Positions 23,926 to 37,800 of a DNA stretch of 64,000 nt are shown here, piece after piece (the stretch's first letter is position 1; each line of letters starts with the position of its first letter). Location of the stretch: positions 7,495,808 to 7,559,807 of the forward strand of contig OZ316891.1 in the NCBI GenBank assembly GCA_973895155.1, in the 5' to 3' direction. The translations under genes were made by a program, and so were the position numbers. The notes below the pieces were generated by a model, which worked only from the letters and a program-made list of their open reading frames with translations, was not told the DNA's origin and did no database searches. The DNA comes from Marsupella aquatica. Taxonomy: Eukaryota; Plantae; Marchantiophyta.

Positions 23926-24221
23926 GTCAAAAGAATGTTTTTTAACATTCACCCTACCCAAAAAGTGGGGATCATTCACGCTACTTACATTCAAAAAAAA
24001 TGTGAAGGGGTGGGCAGTAGGCGCGGGCAGGTGTGTACCCGTGGCTCTTAATGAGCCTCGAGATTGCCTTTCGTCGCGAATTTACATGGTGAGTCTGCCT
24101 TTAAATGTCTTGGATGGTTCATAAATAGAGGGATCCCTGTATAAATTTTGATTCTATTTAGGTAGATGATTAGTGAATATGAAGAACAATTCACTGTAAA
24201 ATGCGTCCTCATATTAAATTG

Positions 24222-24710
24222 CTCTCTGATATTTATTACATTATTACTATTTTTTGTAGAAATACTTATTTTGCCAGTCTTTTCAGTCTAATTACTACAT
24301 TGTATCTTTTCTCCACTGTGATTGAGCAAAGTAACTCTAGTTAGCTTGAAACAATATGACCGTTAACACCCTGCCAAGTTGTCAATGTCCTCTACTATTC
24401 CTCATCTCAACTGACACCTGGCTCTCCAAACCCTCAACATTGGGTTGGGTCTTGCACTTTGTCTCTTCCCCCCTCCCCCCCTCCTGGTTGGCTGTCCCGG
24501 CTGCTCCCTTGGTTGAGAGTGGGAGAGGGTGCTGAGGTTAGGTTGAGGATGACGTCAACAGGATGTTGACTACTGGATCATTCCAATTTAACTGGACTTA
24601 GTTTGTCTAACCAATGGAAAAAGGTTGCAAGGTAGTAATGAAACAAAAAAAAAGTGGCAGTATTCATTTTGATAGAAATATGTGGCAATGTACAGTAGTA
24701 TATCTCCGAG
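24222..24710. mobile_element. Foldback MITE with long degenerate inverted arms
   Basis: 24291-24350 (attactacattgtatcttttctcca...ctagttagcttg) aligns with the reverse complement of 24580-24640. The similarity extends outward and inward; the ends are approximate. Confidence 0.55.
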
Positions 24711-25099
24711 TATACTTTATGGTATTACATAACACCCGGTGAAAGGGTTTAGGGGTTAAGTAGGCATTGAAACTAGGGTTGAGAGGAATTTAGGGTTAGT
24801 GAGAACAACAAAAAAGTAATCACATAAAGTGTCTCAAATTTGTAGCCCAAAAAGGACAATACAATTATAACAAATTGGGTCCCACTATAGAGTAATGTAC
24901 ACTTATGATGTCACACCGCCCTTCCCATTGGTGGGCTCTAACATTCTGCGCTTCCAACACGGTACACTACAAACCGAGAGCCAATAGGATGTCACTCCCT
25001 CCGTCTATTATTAAAAACAAAAAGCATAAAAACAATCTATCTTCTCTAAACTTACGACTGCTGCTACCAAACAGTACATGTCAGTTAGTGTAAATTTGA

Positions 25100-25852
25100 A
25101 ATCATTACATGTCACTGGTCGCATCATTCAGTGACTTTGCCATCGTTACATTTCAACAGCTGTATCATTACCTGTGAATTTGGCATCCTTACAAGTCACC
25201 TGTTGAACCATTGCGTGTGACTTTGCCATCCTTACATTGTCACATCATTCAGTGTGACTGTGGCATTGTTCCATGTCACGTGTTACATCATTCCTTGTGA
25301 CCTGCATTGTTACATGCCACTCCTCGCCTCAGTCGTGTGATTTTGGCATTGTTACATGTCACTCCTCGTATGGGTGACTTTGGCATCTTACTATTAAATC
25401 GCAAACAAAAGCAAGAGTTGGGGACTAGGCTTCTAGAATGAAGTCTCTAGACATTGACTCTAGCACCCCACCAAAATTTGCGAATGGAAAGTGATGGGTC
25501 ATCATTCCTATTAATATGCAAAGACTGGGCATTTAGGCTATTGGTTACATGTCACTCGCTGTATGGGTGACTTTGGCATTGTTACATACCTCAGTCATGT
25601 GGCTTTGGCATCGTTGCATGTCACTCATTGTATGGGTGACTTTGGCAACGTTACATGTCACTGGTCACCTCAATCATGTGGCTTTGGCACTGTTACATGT
25701 CACTCGTTGTATGGGTGACTTTGGCAACCGTTACATGTCACTCGTTGTATGGGTGACTTTGGCAACGTTACATGTCACTGGTCGCCTCAATCAAATGGCT
25801 TTGGCATCGTTACATGTCACTCGTTGTATGGGTGACTTTGGCACCGCTATTA
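25100..25852. repeat. Minisatellite, ~37-bp unit (gttacatgtcactcgttgtatgggtgactttggca) in two blocks
   Basis: More than 14 copies, interrupted at ~25390-25543 by a fragment similar to the 11.3-kb/22.1-kb family. Confidence 0.9.
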
Positions 25853-26530
25853 TTACAGTGTAACTCATAATTCTTCAGGGGAACGATCTTCCTTGCACCG
25901 CTCGTTGAAGTTGCCAAACGGGAGAAAGCCCGAATCACGCGACCGGCAGGGGCGATCGAAATTATTTATGTCGATTAGATGTCTAGAGTAGAGCTGATCT
26001 CGAGGATCGACGAGACTCGGCGCAAAAATGTTGCACTGGGTTTTTTTTTTTGAAGAAACAGACATTCAGACCCGCTCGGGGTGAAGCTGGCGGTGCCGGC
26101 GAAGCACATTGATTTGAGGAGAGGAGGACGGTGTGCGTCATAAGTACTTGAATAGGATGGTCAACTAGAAGGACACTGGAAGAGAGAGGGGCCCCTGCGT
26201 AGTCAACGGGAAAAGGCAGCTTGTCTGAAGAGATTTTGGGTTGAGATAGAGACGATGAATCGAATCAATTTGTGAGAGGCACTTCAATTGCTGCGTAGAA
26301 CTGGTTAATGACCCTCTTGCGGCAGGACGTATCCTTAGCGAGTTTGAAGCCAGCGTTGTAGGTCTGGTGAGCATAAGGTTAGTGTAATTTGTCCCTTCGG
26401 TCCGCCGTCACACGAGATCGAATTGAGGGGCAGCAGTTTTAAAGGAACAAAGAGTCACGAAGATCACCAGACGAGAGACTGAGATTATTGACGTAGGATT
26501 TAGTTGGGGACTGAATCGAGGATATAGAGA

Positions 26531-29500
26531 ATGCCAGGTCCAAGGAATGCCGCAAAGCAGGGCCGTGGGAGCGACGATGGCATATCTTTGCAGAAGAGGA
26601 CATGCAATGCGGCCGGTTTGCAAATTCGGCACCATCAAATTTTGCTCGTAGCAACTCTGCTTTTTCTCGCGGTGAACATCCTCGCATCCGATGATGGTAA
26701 TTATTATCTCCGTGTCTTAACGACACCTACCAATACAAGCAACCCTATCTTAATAATGTGCTGATATCCGTACGTATCATCGGTCACTTTTTCTCGCTAA
26801 GCCCTCTGGGCGGGCATAAGTGTGTGGAAACAATCTGTTATTTCAGATTCTGGGGACTTGGGACTTTCACAAACTGTGATGGAGATACAGTTGTGGCTCT
26901 TTCCTTGGTCTCATTCGTCTCCAGAGAAGATTAATGTTGAAAATAAAACAGCTCCACTCATTATTCATCGCGTACAGTTTCGGCTTCAAATATATTCATG
27001 GCTGTGGGACTTACACGTCTGACCTCATCAATCAAGTTGGAATTTGAATGTGCCAAGTTTTGTTCTCTTGGAACCTGCTAAAGGAGGCGCTCCTGCCTTC
27101 CGATTGTGCTAAATTAATGTTCGGTCGATTGGCAAGAAAAGTAGAACTAGGGAACCTGATGGACTACATACAAGAACTTGCATTTTCCTCTGTCTACGAG
27201 GGAGAAGTAGACAAAACGAATACAGGAAAGGATGTCTAGGTCCCTTCTGATGATTTGGAAACTTTTCTTAGCTACAGACCAGTTAGGCATGTTCATCGAT
27301 TGTATGTTTGTGGCGTTTGTTAATCCGATTACAGTATAAAGGGCTTCCCATCAAGCCAGCATCTTAGCTTTCCTTATTTTCAACGCTCGAATTTCACTTC
27401 TTTTAATGTTGTCTGTATGGCCTTTCAGCCAATTATCTGAAAGAGGGAGATTCTTCTTTCTCTAAAGGAGATTACACAATTGCTATTCGTCAGTATAGCA
27501 ACTTTATCGGTACTGGTTCTCCCCTTCAGCACGCTGAGTTTACACCTAAATATGGGCAATGTTTATGATAATGATAGGATAACCTTGCTTAATGCCTCCA
27601 TTAAAAGTTTAGTTGTCGCTCACAAACAGGATGTTACTTGTGTCGTTACTGGCCGAATTTCATAGTAAATAAAATTTTAAGTATCGGTAGGCTTGTAGTA
27701 TACTGATTGTATGGAGATTCATTGTGAATATAGATCCACACCACTAGCCATTGTAGTGGGATCTTTTCTGATGAGCTTGCTCGTTATTTCTTGATTGATG
27801 AGGTTAATATGTTGTTTTTAACAATTCTCCTTCAGCATCAGTATAGGTAGAGGTTATGTTGATGGAAACATCGTACGTCTTTTGGCAGAACTCAGTCCTT
27901 CCGTAGCTATAGGCTACTCCAAAAGGGCAGCCGTGTTTTTGCAACAGAAGAAATTTAAGGAGGCACTAAGCGATTTCAATAAAGCCCTGGAGGTTGACCC
28001 AAGTTACAATCAAGGTTATCTGAATCGAGGGCACCTTCTACGGCAGAGTTGCAGGTGGACACCTATATCCTATTACCAGTGGTGGTGGTGTACTAATCAG
28101 GACTCCCCTTGTTTGTTTCACTTGGGACTCATCGGTGGCATTGTATTTTAAGCAAATATCATGAGAATTCAAGTAAAGAGATTTATTCGCTTCTTCTGAA
28201 AATTTTAATCAAGTAAAGAGATGAAAGTGCTCGCCATGTTTCTTGAAAACTTTTGCCCTTGTCTATCATCAAACAATCCGTGCAAGAAAACGGTTTGGTG
28301 CGCAGATTTTCAGGTAGGTTTTAGGCTTGGACATCAATGTGGCGACATGATGACGTTCCACTTTTGATTCACAGGTTTGAGGAGGCAGCAAAAGATTTCA
28401 ACAAACTATTAGACAGTAATCCCGAGCACTCAGGGGCCAAGAAGGAGTTGTCTCAGCTAAATCAAGTAAAGGATATTTTTACAGAAGCTGTTCAAGCATT
28501 TGACGCAGGCGATGATGCAAAAGCCGAGGAGTTGTTTGATAAAGTTATTGTTATTTATTCTCCTGAATGCCACAAGGTACGACCTCTTATCTGAAGTTGT
28601 CTTTGCACCTCAACTGTGTACCCTGATTCAAATGTGGAGTAGTGGTTTCACGTTTATAAACGTGTCGTCTCATTTTACTTCTAAAGCCTGTACTATCAAG
28701 TAAAAGAGGACAGTGAAATGAATTGATCTTACAGTGTCCCTCGAAATTTATGAATTTGTTATCCTAAAGGCTTCTCGACAAGGCATGGTAGCTCTTACCA
28801 TATCTTGCAAGCGATTTGTACACTAGGTTTGACGATTGATTTCTATTGTGAACAATTACAGGCGCGGTTATTACGAGCTAGAATTCTTCTCAAGAGCAAG
28901 GATTATAATGCAGTGGCAGTGGAGGCTGGGCTTGCCCTCAAGCATGATGAAACAAACTTGGACGCTTTGTTGTTGAGAGGACAGGCATATTTCTATCTGG
29001 GGGACCATGACCTTGCACTGAGGTAGATATATCTTGGATGCTTTTTGACCTTACAGAACTACTGTCTGAATGCAGTACGGTACTGGGACCAAGGGTAGTT
29101 AGAGAAGGGTGAGTACCGGCAGGCTCCTTATCCATGCGGGAAGACTAATGTAGCAGTTACAGATAAGGGGCCAGTGCACTTTAAATTTGGTGGTAAGAGT
29201 CAATGTGTGTTTTGTGTTTGCATAGTTGTCGGAGTTCATCTAAAATCTGAAGCCTACTTTCATGGCAGGCATTATCAATCGGGCCTTCGTCTTGATCCAG
29301 AGGCCACTGAGCTGAAGAAAGCATACCAAAAGCTTAAGTCCCTCACCAAGAAAACCAAAAGTGTAAGTCGATTCCTATATTTGTTCTTATTGAATGCTTC
29401 GTCCGATTGTTCCTCTTTTATCCATGGGGAATGTGCTATGAACGGGGTTAGCGGATAAATTCATTGGTTTGGTTGTTTGATCGATAAGCTGTGCTCTGAC

Positions 29501-30836
29501 GTGTTTGATACACTGGCAGGCTGATGAGGCATTCTCCAAGTCGAAATTCCGAGTTGCTATAGATGAATACACTGAAGCACTAGCTATTGCTCCAGATCAC
29601 AATGTTCACAATGAGAAACTATACTTGGCATTGTGTAAGGCATGCGTCAAGCTGGGACGCGCCAAAGATGCACTGAAACACTGCTCAGCTGTTCTGGAAC
29701 TCAATGAGGAGTCGCTTGAGGCATTTTTTCAGGTATGTTCACTCCCTTTTGAGTCAAGGACTCGCTGAGATACTGTGACCAACAGCTATGTATGTTGATC
29801 GCTTGAACATTCTCTTGGGCTATTTCTCTCCAGGCACAAAGGTGAAGGTGATTAAGGGCCTTTGGAAACTCAATCTCTTGTGACAATTAGCACCAGTCAT
29901 CTGGGAGGTTCTCTGTGCAATTCATATACCATTGAATCCTGATGTTACTTTGGCTGAGGGGTGTAAAGCTAACAGAGTTTATTTTTCCTCCATGTAGAGG
30001 GGTGAGGCAAAGATGCTAGTGGAAGACTGGGAAGGTGCTATGGCAGATTTTAAGCGAGCAGTTGAAGGATCACCACAGGTTTGTGGTCTGTTCTTCAATC
30101 CAAAATAGGAAGCTATGCACATTCCAATGGGTCATCTCTCATGGTTCTCGTCTTTCCAAGTAGCTGAAGGCATGTTCATTTTATAGGATGGTCTTTTTCG
30201 AGACGGCCTTCATAGAGCGGAGAAAGCGTTGAAGTTGAGCCAAAGAAAGGATTGGTACAAGGTTCTAGGCTTGGACAAAAGTGCTTCTGCAGCAGATGTA
30301 AAACGGGCATACAAGAAATTTGCTTTGCAATGGCATCCAGACAAGAATGTGGATAATCAAGAGGAGGCTGCTGTCAAGTTCCGAGAAATTGCGGAGGCTT
30401 ATGAGGTTGTTAACTCATTGCCAATTGTTATTTATACATTCAGATCGTCATATATTCAAAGACATTCAAAGCAGTTTTATTCATTTGCTGTCGTGAGAGT
30501 TGCATTTGCTCAGATGCTGCAGATCGCTTTAATATTGATGTTCCCGATTGATCAAACTTTTAGAAACATTTGTGTATCACTACATGGTACTTAAGTAATG
30601 AAAACTTTGAGTCAATTGTCCGATTCTGCAACTGTGCCAAACGTTTGCAATTGCCATGCCAACCAATATGACCATCTTTGAGATGACCTGATTGCACGCA
30701 GGTGTTGGGTGATGAAGAGAAGAGGGATAGATATGATCGGGGAGAGGACGTAGAGGAGCAACATATGGGTGGCCATCCTGGAGGACAGCCATTTTTTCAT
30801 GGGCCAGGAGGCCAGACATTCACGTTTCATTTTTGA
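26531..30836 (+). CDS. P58IPK: DnaJ protein P58IPK/DNAJC3 homolog (signal peptide, TPR repeats, J domain)
   Basis: Hydrophobic signal ILLVATLLFLAVNILA, multiple TPR exons (ALSDFNKALEVDP, ALLLRGQAYFYLGDHD, HYQSGLRLDPE), a J domain RKDWYKVLG...WHPDKN and the C-terminus GQTFTFHF*. Canonical GT-AG introns. Confidence 0.95.
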
Positions 30837-31339
30837 TTCTAAGCTGGTAGCTTCTGTTCTCCATTCATTTTAATATCAAATTGAACGTGAAATTAATATC
30901 AAATTGAGCATCAAAATTGATAATTGATTGTAGCCCTGCCCTTTTGCAAGTTCTTGAATTATTGAAAGTTTGTATGTGAACCATGAGGATCAGGGGAGCC
31001 CTTACCATCTGAAATGATGCACGTCTGCAAATTAGTGCTTTGTTTGGAAATAATCGCAATCCATACTACCTAACGTAGAGTTCCTGGGGATTCCTGGATA
31101 TTTGCTGGGAACGGTTCGTTACAGGGCCCACTGAACCAACAATTCCTGAAAACAGCTGATGCATGACCTTGGGAAAAGTTTTAGAGTTATTTCTGTGGGA
31201 ATGGTGTCTATTTCATTTGTCATAGCCTTTGGCCAAGCGGGTTGAAAAGAGGGGCCCTTGTTTGCTAGCTTTGATGTCATTATCGATACCTGCAAAATTG
31301 ATTCATTGATGTTGTGTAAAACTCTCCAGCTCCTAAATT

Positions 31340-31510
31340 GATTCACTGATGTTCTGTAAAAGACTCCACCAGAGAAAATTATGCTACTCCACCTCCTAAG
31401 CCGATCATTGATGTTCTGTAAAATACTCCACTAGATAAAATTATGCTGCTCCACCTCCTAAGCTGATCATTGATGTTCTGTAAAATTCTCCACTAGATAA
31501 AATTATGCTA
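31340..31510. repeat. Tandem repeat, 59-bp unit x3
   Basis: tgatgttctgtaaaa..ctccac.aga.aaaattatgct recurs three times. Confidence 0.85.
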
Positions 31511-32499
31511 CAAGCCCTACGAGACTTTGCTCTTCTAGAGACTTTGCTAAGCGCAATTGCGAGACTTGGCACTTCTAGATACTCTCTACCTATAGTTTGC
31601 TTGTAGCTCTGCTTAGAGGATGGCTAGTACCTGATCGTATTTGATGGATTAGTGCAATACAGGACTCCATGTAGAATTGTCGTTCACGTATCAATAAATG
31701 CTTAAGAGTGGCTAGTATCCGATCGTATTTCATGGATAGTGCAACACGATGCTCTATGCAAAATTGACCTGCACGTGTCAAGTAAGGGATCCTTTATTCT
31801 TTATGCACTTGTGGGCAATCTCAACCATTCACTACCTATGGGTTGCACTTACACGTTGTCCAACGAACTTTACTTGCACTTATGCAAAATGCAAGAAAAT
31901 GTGTAAATTCACTTACAAATCCTGGAAATTTTTGGGGAGGACGAGAACTGCTTGCACTTAGCAACATTTTGCACTTACACAGTCTTAGACACTGTGGATC
32001 ACACCTTCACAGCTGTTAGTCTTACTTACACACATTTATAGCTAGTGAGTCTAGTTTGGGGGATCATACTATTGTGATAAAAATAATTGTAATTGTGCAT
32101 CTTTTCTCACCATGAATAATAAATATTGTATGGATACAACAAATAAGATGGTTTAAACTCATGTTTTGACAGTCAGAAATGATCCCATGGAAGAATGGTC
32201 CAGCCATTTGCCTACGATCTTTAGCTTACTGCAATGATTTCTTTGATTTTTAGTAAACATAGAGTCATTGGACTTTTCAGTTTTGCATTGTATTTATAGG
32301 CCATCAACAAAAATTTTCAGCAACTTTCAAAAATAGATAGTGTGTTGCTCTTGGTTGCCTCAAATAATATTAGCCAACCAGCCCAATGCCCTTGAGTTGC
32401 ATGATTAGCAAGAATGAGGCACAAAGCGTCAGGTGCAGGGTGAGCAAGAAGATGTTTTAGGCCCATTGAACAGCTATAGAAAACCATTTTTTCAGGATA

Positions 32500-33600
32500 T
32501 CTTCTTGCCTTCAGGGAGTGGTCCATTTAACGCAAATGCAGACCATTTACTCATGTCGATCACTGCACAATTCTACGGGTTTGCACTCATCCCGTAGTAC
32601 AAACCTCTGATTATTGCACACTGGATGCTTTTTCACAGGATTGTGCACTTAGAGAGTGGTCCATTTAACACAGCCATGTAAAACATTCACTCTTATCAAT
32701 AACTACACTTCTATAGGTTTGCACTTACATAGTGCACACCCCCATTCAGTGCACTCCGGATGCTTCTTAGACAGTGGTCCATTTGACACACATATGTAGA
32801 CCATTCACTCTTATAGATCACTACACAATTACATGGGTTTGCACTTATCACATAGTGCCAACGCCCCTCTAGTGCACACTGGATGCTTCTTCCAGGATTT
32901 GCACTTATAGAGTGGATCATTTAACGCAGCCATGTAGACCACTCACTCTACAGGCTCGCACTCACTCTACAGTGCACAATACAGAAAGCAAGCAATAAGA
33001 GTGAGTGGTCTACATGGCTTGGCTTAGCTGCACTTAGAGGATTTGCACTTAGACCATCCACTCTTATTGATCACTGCACAATTCTACAGGTGTGCACTAT
33101 GTGATAAGTGCAAACCCCCATATTTTATGCACACAAGATTTTTCTTCCCAGGAGTGTGCACTGGGAGAGAGACCACTGTACATCCCTAGTGATAAATGCA
33201 CACCAGATGTTTGTTCCTGGGAGTGTGCACTTAAAGAGAGACCAATGTACGTCCCCACAATGATAAATGCAAACCCCAGTTTAATGCACGCCAAATGTTT
33301 CTTCCCGGGATTGTGCACTTAGAGAGAGACCACTGTACATCCCCATAATGATTAATGCAAACCCCCATTTAGTGCACACCTCATGCTTTGTACCAGGAGT
33401 GTGCAGTTAGATAGAGACCCCGTAGTGATAAATGCAACCCCCATATAATGCACACCAGATTTTTCTTCCCTGGAATGTGCACTTACAGAGAGAACACTGT
33501 ACATCCCCATAGTGATAAATGCAAACCCTCACATGGGATGCTTCATCGGGGGACTGTGCAATTAGAGAGATACCTTGTACATGCCCATAATGATAAACAA
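32500..33600. repeat. Degenerate array of an ~85-bp repeat family (gtgataaatgcaaaccc...gtgtgcacttagagagagaccactgtacatccc)
   Basis: Many copies here, with related copies at ~33960-34030 and ~50250-51440. Confidence 0.8.
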
Positions 33601-33820
33601 CTTTTATGTACTTTGTCACTAAAGATGTTCTAATTGACAATACTATCCCTATTTTTTGTATTTGTAAAAATGCAACTATTTTGTGAATGAATGACAAGTT
33701 TACCAAGATAACCAGGGGAACTATATATTATATACAACAATTATATTTATTTATTTTAATACCAAAAAAATAGTGATAGTATTATAAATTCAAACATTTT
33801 TAGTGGTAATGTACAAAGCT
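33600..33820. mobile_element. MITE-like element with ~60-bp inverted arms related to the 18.7-21-kb satellite subrepeat
   Basis: tgtactttgtcactaaagatgttctaattgacaatactatcc aligns with the reverse complement of tagtgatagtattataaattcaaacatttttagtggtaatgtaca. Confidence 0.65.
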
Positions 33821-34155
33821 GTAGTGAGCCCTTGATGTGTGGTAGCTCACTTAACTTAATTAAGTTAAGACTCATAGATCTAGTGTTCAAATGTTGTGAT
33901 TGATTGTTTCTGTTTCTATGGGTTTCACAGATTTCCCCATTTAAAAAAAGAAAAAAATCTGTAGTGATAAATGCAAACCCTTTAGTGCACACCAGCTGCT
34001 TGTGTGCACTTAGAGAGATACCCTGTACATTCCCTGAGACGAGAAAGAGCTCTGCAAGAAAAGAGTTCGAAGTACAGTAGTAGAGGACTCGACAACGGAG
34101 GTGCGTTGGTAAAGAGGATGTTTGCGGTTTGTTTTTCCTTCGGATCAAACGCAAG

Positions 34156-37100
34156 ATGAAGCGCGGTGCTCTCAGTACCTCACCACTATGGCACCTTCGT
34201 CGGTCGACTCTCGGCCATCTCTTCTGCTCTGCGCATTCTACGGTTGCCTCGCAGGTATGTGTGCAGAAGTCATGGAATGTCGTGTGGTTGAGTTTTTCTT
34301 TGGAGAATTCTTCTACACGGAGTAGAGCAGTGTCTCGTCTTGTGGTGCTTTTTAGGAGAAATTTTCCACATGGAACATTGTCTCGTCTTCCGGAGTCTTG
34401 TTGGAGAAACTTCCTGCACGGAGCAGTGTCTCGTCTTCTGGAGTCTTCTTTTGAGAATTTTTCTGCACGGTGTTTCTACACGGAGTAGTGTCTAGTCTTG
34501 GTAGAGTTTCTTTGCGAGAGTTTCTCTTCACGGAGTGGTGTTTTGTCATGTGAAGTGTTTTTGCAGACATTTTCTACACGGAATAGTTTCTCTCATCTTC
34601 TGGAGTTTTTTTGCAGAATTTTCGGATTAGCTTCACTCTCTTCTAGGCGCCCTCCTTATCTAGCATCGTTTTCGTCCTTCACCGCTTGCCAGTACTCCAA
34701 GAGACGACCAGTCTTGAGAAAAAAACAATAGAAGATAGTGAACGGGTGCAGGGCCGAAGTCAACAGTGACTTTAGAAGTGATTAACCTTGAATTTGTGCA
34801 CGTAGGAACCACTTTCAATCGATCCATGTAGCAGTGGAGGCGATCCGTATGATGTGGTTATCGTGGGCGGTGGAATGGTCGGTGCCGCCGTGGCCTGTGG
34901 ACTAGGTCTGATTTTCTAAACTAATGTCATTTTTAAACTAATGTCACTCCCTCAATAGTAGGAGGGTACTTCTGTTAAGTACTGCATGTCCGATGGATGA
35001 TCATCTACCAAAGCTACCAATGTAATTCCCTGAACACCCTGGTTGCTCAGACTGAGTTTTTGGCTGTGTTAGTAAACTATCAAAGCCTTAGTTTTGGTGT
35101 TTAAACATGCCAAAAGTTCTTTGCCAACATATTCATAAACTTGTATAGTTCGGCACTGCTCAATTTCTTCTAGACAATTTGTTCGAGAAATGTTGACACC
35201 AACATTGCCTGCCATTGTTGTGTCCTGGACTTTAACAGCTAGTTCTCATTTGACGCGCTCCTTGCGGGTGGCAATTGTTGACGGGAATCCGGGAACTAAG
35301 GAGACTTACACTCAGCATAAGGATGCTATTCCTGATTCCAGGGTTAGTGCTATAACTCCAGCGACGGTCCGCTTTCTGAAAGGTATTTCCAACGCATTTC
35401 CCACTCAAATGAAATTTGAATGGCACCAAACCAATATAAAAAAACTCGAAAATTTCGAAATTCTTACAGACCATCTGATATGCCAATAGCACTTTGGTGA
35501 ATTGCAGATGTAGATGCATGGGAAACTGTGTTGGAAAATCGTCCTGCTCCATTTACTTCAATGCAGGTACGCTTCGTTCGATCTCTTTTCGTCTGTTCCT
35601 AATTAACCCTTATTTGAACCGTAGTGACACGATCATAGACGAGCCCACTCTTTCCATTTCGTCGCAGAAACAGTTTAATGTTAGGCATTCCCTCAACTCG
35701 TTAACATTTTGATTGTGACAGGTCTGGGACTACACTTCCAGAGGCTTTACCCGATATGAGGCCGCAGATGTCGGTGAAGATGTGCTGGGGTACTCTAGAT
35801 AATTAATATCATTTTTTGCTCTGTGTTTGGTATTGTCTGCCTGTAATAATATTTTGGTGAAGACTGTTGTCTCGCAGCAAAGCTAGGTGGCACCCATACT
35901 ACATGGGAATAGTTTTGTTGAAAAAAATGTCCTTCCAGTCTTAAAGTTTGTTAATTTTCACCACTCAGATATGTTTCGACTTTCCACTATATGAAAGCAC
36001 TCATACTATCTAGTATCTTTTTAACTTCATGCAGCTTTAAGTTTTATTTGACCCTGTAGTGCTGTGAAAAGGATTGGATGCAATTGCTTGCTTCATACTT
36101 TCATATCAACCGTACGCCAGTTCTAACCTAATCTTTCTTTTTTGATGCAGATATGTTGTGGAGAATAATGTCTTGATCTCCTCGCTCAGAACTGCCCTGC
36201 AGGTTCGATTTGAAAGCAGCACTTTGGATGTTGTATTATTGTTTTTTGACATGTTGCAATTGCAAACTATTGAGGAAACAATGCCAAACATGATCCTGAT
36301 GGGCATTTTGTTCAGCGTTCAGACTTTGCAGAAACCATATGTCCTGCGCGAGTGAAAGGAGTTCAGTTTCCTGCACACGCATCGGACACAGTTCACACCT
36401 CCGGATTTCAACATTTGTGGGAGATGGCAAGTAACCAGACAACTGCATCGACAGGCTTTGAGGAAACTAACTTAGGGAAATTTGGCTCAGGCTATACATG
36501 TTCGAATGATAATTGGGCTCACGTACTTCTCGAAGATGGGAGAGTGCTTCAGTCTCGGTTAGTGGTATGTTCGACTACTTTTGATCCAAACTAGATCTAC
36601 TTTGTAAGAAGATCGTTACACGGTTTGAATTGACGTGGAAGTGATGGAGGTTGAAATCTATGTTCTCAGGTCGGAGCAGATGGGGGCCGGTCAAAAGTAC
36701 GGGCAATGGCTGGGTTGAAGACAACTGGCTGGGACTATGATCAACATGCTCTGATATGTACAGTCAGGGTGAACAACCCACACTCAACAGCCTGGCAAAG
36801 ATTTCTACCCACTGGTCCCCTTGCACTTCTTCCAATGGGTGGTCATTATAGCAATATTGTGTGGTCAACAAGCCCAGAGAGAGCCAAAGAACTGAAAGAA
36901 ATGTCTCAGGAAGATTTTGTACTGGAAGCCAATCAGGCTTTGACGAAAAATGATGATACTTTTCCAGACTCTCATCTTGCCAGGGCTATCACAAGTAAAT
37001 GGTTAAGTCCTTTGTTCGGCGAAGGTCCACCATCATCTGCAGAACCGTTTCATGTCCCTCCTGCAGTGACTGAGTGTCTAACTCCCCGGCTGTCATTCCC

Positions 37101-37800
37101 ACTTTCACTAAAGCACGCAAACCACTATGTCTCCACTCGCTTAGCTCTTGTTGGTGATGCAGCACACACTGTCCATCCTCTGGCTGGTCAGGGTGTTAAT
37201 CTGGGTTTCGGTGATGCGGCTGCCTTGGTCAAGATAGTAGGTGATGGTATAAAGACGGGTGCAGACATTGGACAGGTGAAAATGGAAAACTTGTCGTTAG
37301 AAATGTTGAGGTGAAGTGAAATCCAGATTAGATTTGAGTCTTGGTTTTTCAATCTTTTACGTGCCTTTTTATACTGGGATTAAACTACCTTTTCTCTCGC
37401 ATTTAAGCACACAAAACAGCCTCTTTCGGCGATGGTGTGTGAGTAACAATATTTCCTATTTGTGTCCGATGGAAGTATTTGTCTGAGAGAAGGATGTGGT
37501 GTAGCTGAACGATTGAACAATGCAGCTGTTAAGGACCTTTCACATTTGCTACGACAGGCAGGGACTCTTGACAACACTAACTTTTCCATAATTGGATTTG
37601 TGCAGCTTGCTTTGCTGAAAAAGTATGAGAAAGAACGAATATGGGCCAATGTACCCATGATGGCAGCTTTGGATGGGTTTCAGCGAGTCTTCTCATCAGA
37701 TTTTTTTCCAGTACACTTAGCTCGGGCAGTTGGATTTAGTGCAGCAAATTATGTAGGTCCCTTGAAAAGGCAAATTATTTCATTTGCAATGGGGAGGTAA
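34156..37800 (+). CDS. COQ6: Ubiquinone biosynthesis monooxygenase COQ6, mitochondrial
   Basis: R/S/L-rich presequence exon, FAD motif YDVVIVGGGMVG, PDSRVSAITP, VGADGGRSKVR, AWQRFLPTGPLALLP, and LVGDAAHTVHPLAGQGVNLGFGD. Confidence 0.95.
34285..34620. repeat. Minisatellite (~45-55 bp; ttctacacggagtagtgtctcgtctt) in COQ6 intron 1
   Basis: About 7 degenerate copies. Confidence 0.8.

Noticed and set aside
23858-23930. Functional tRNA-Pro gene
   Set aside because: The acceptor, anticodon and T stems do not pair adequately. Kept only as a tRNA-derived remnant.
25100-25852. 37-bp repeats with an internal GTCAC/GTGAC palindrome, resembling a CRISPR array or repeat protein (ORF 25549-25863)
   Set aside because: The units are contiguous with no unique spacers, there are no cas genes, and the context is eukaryotic. 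The ORF is a by-product of the minisatellite.
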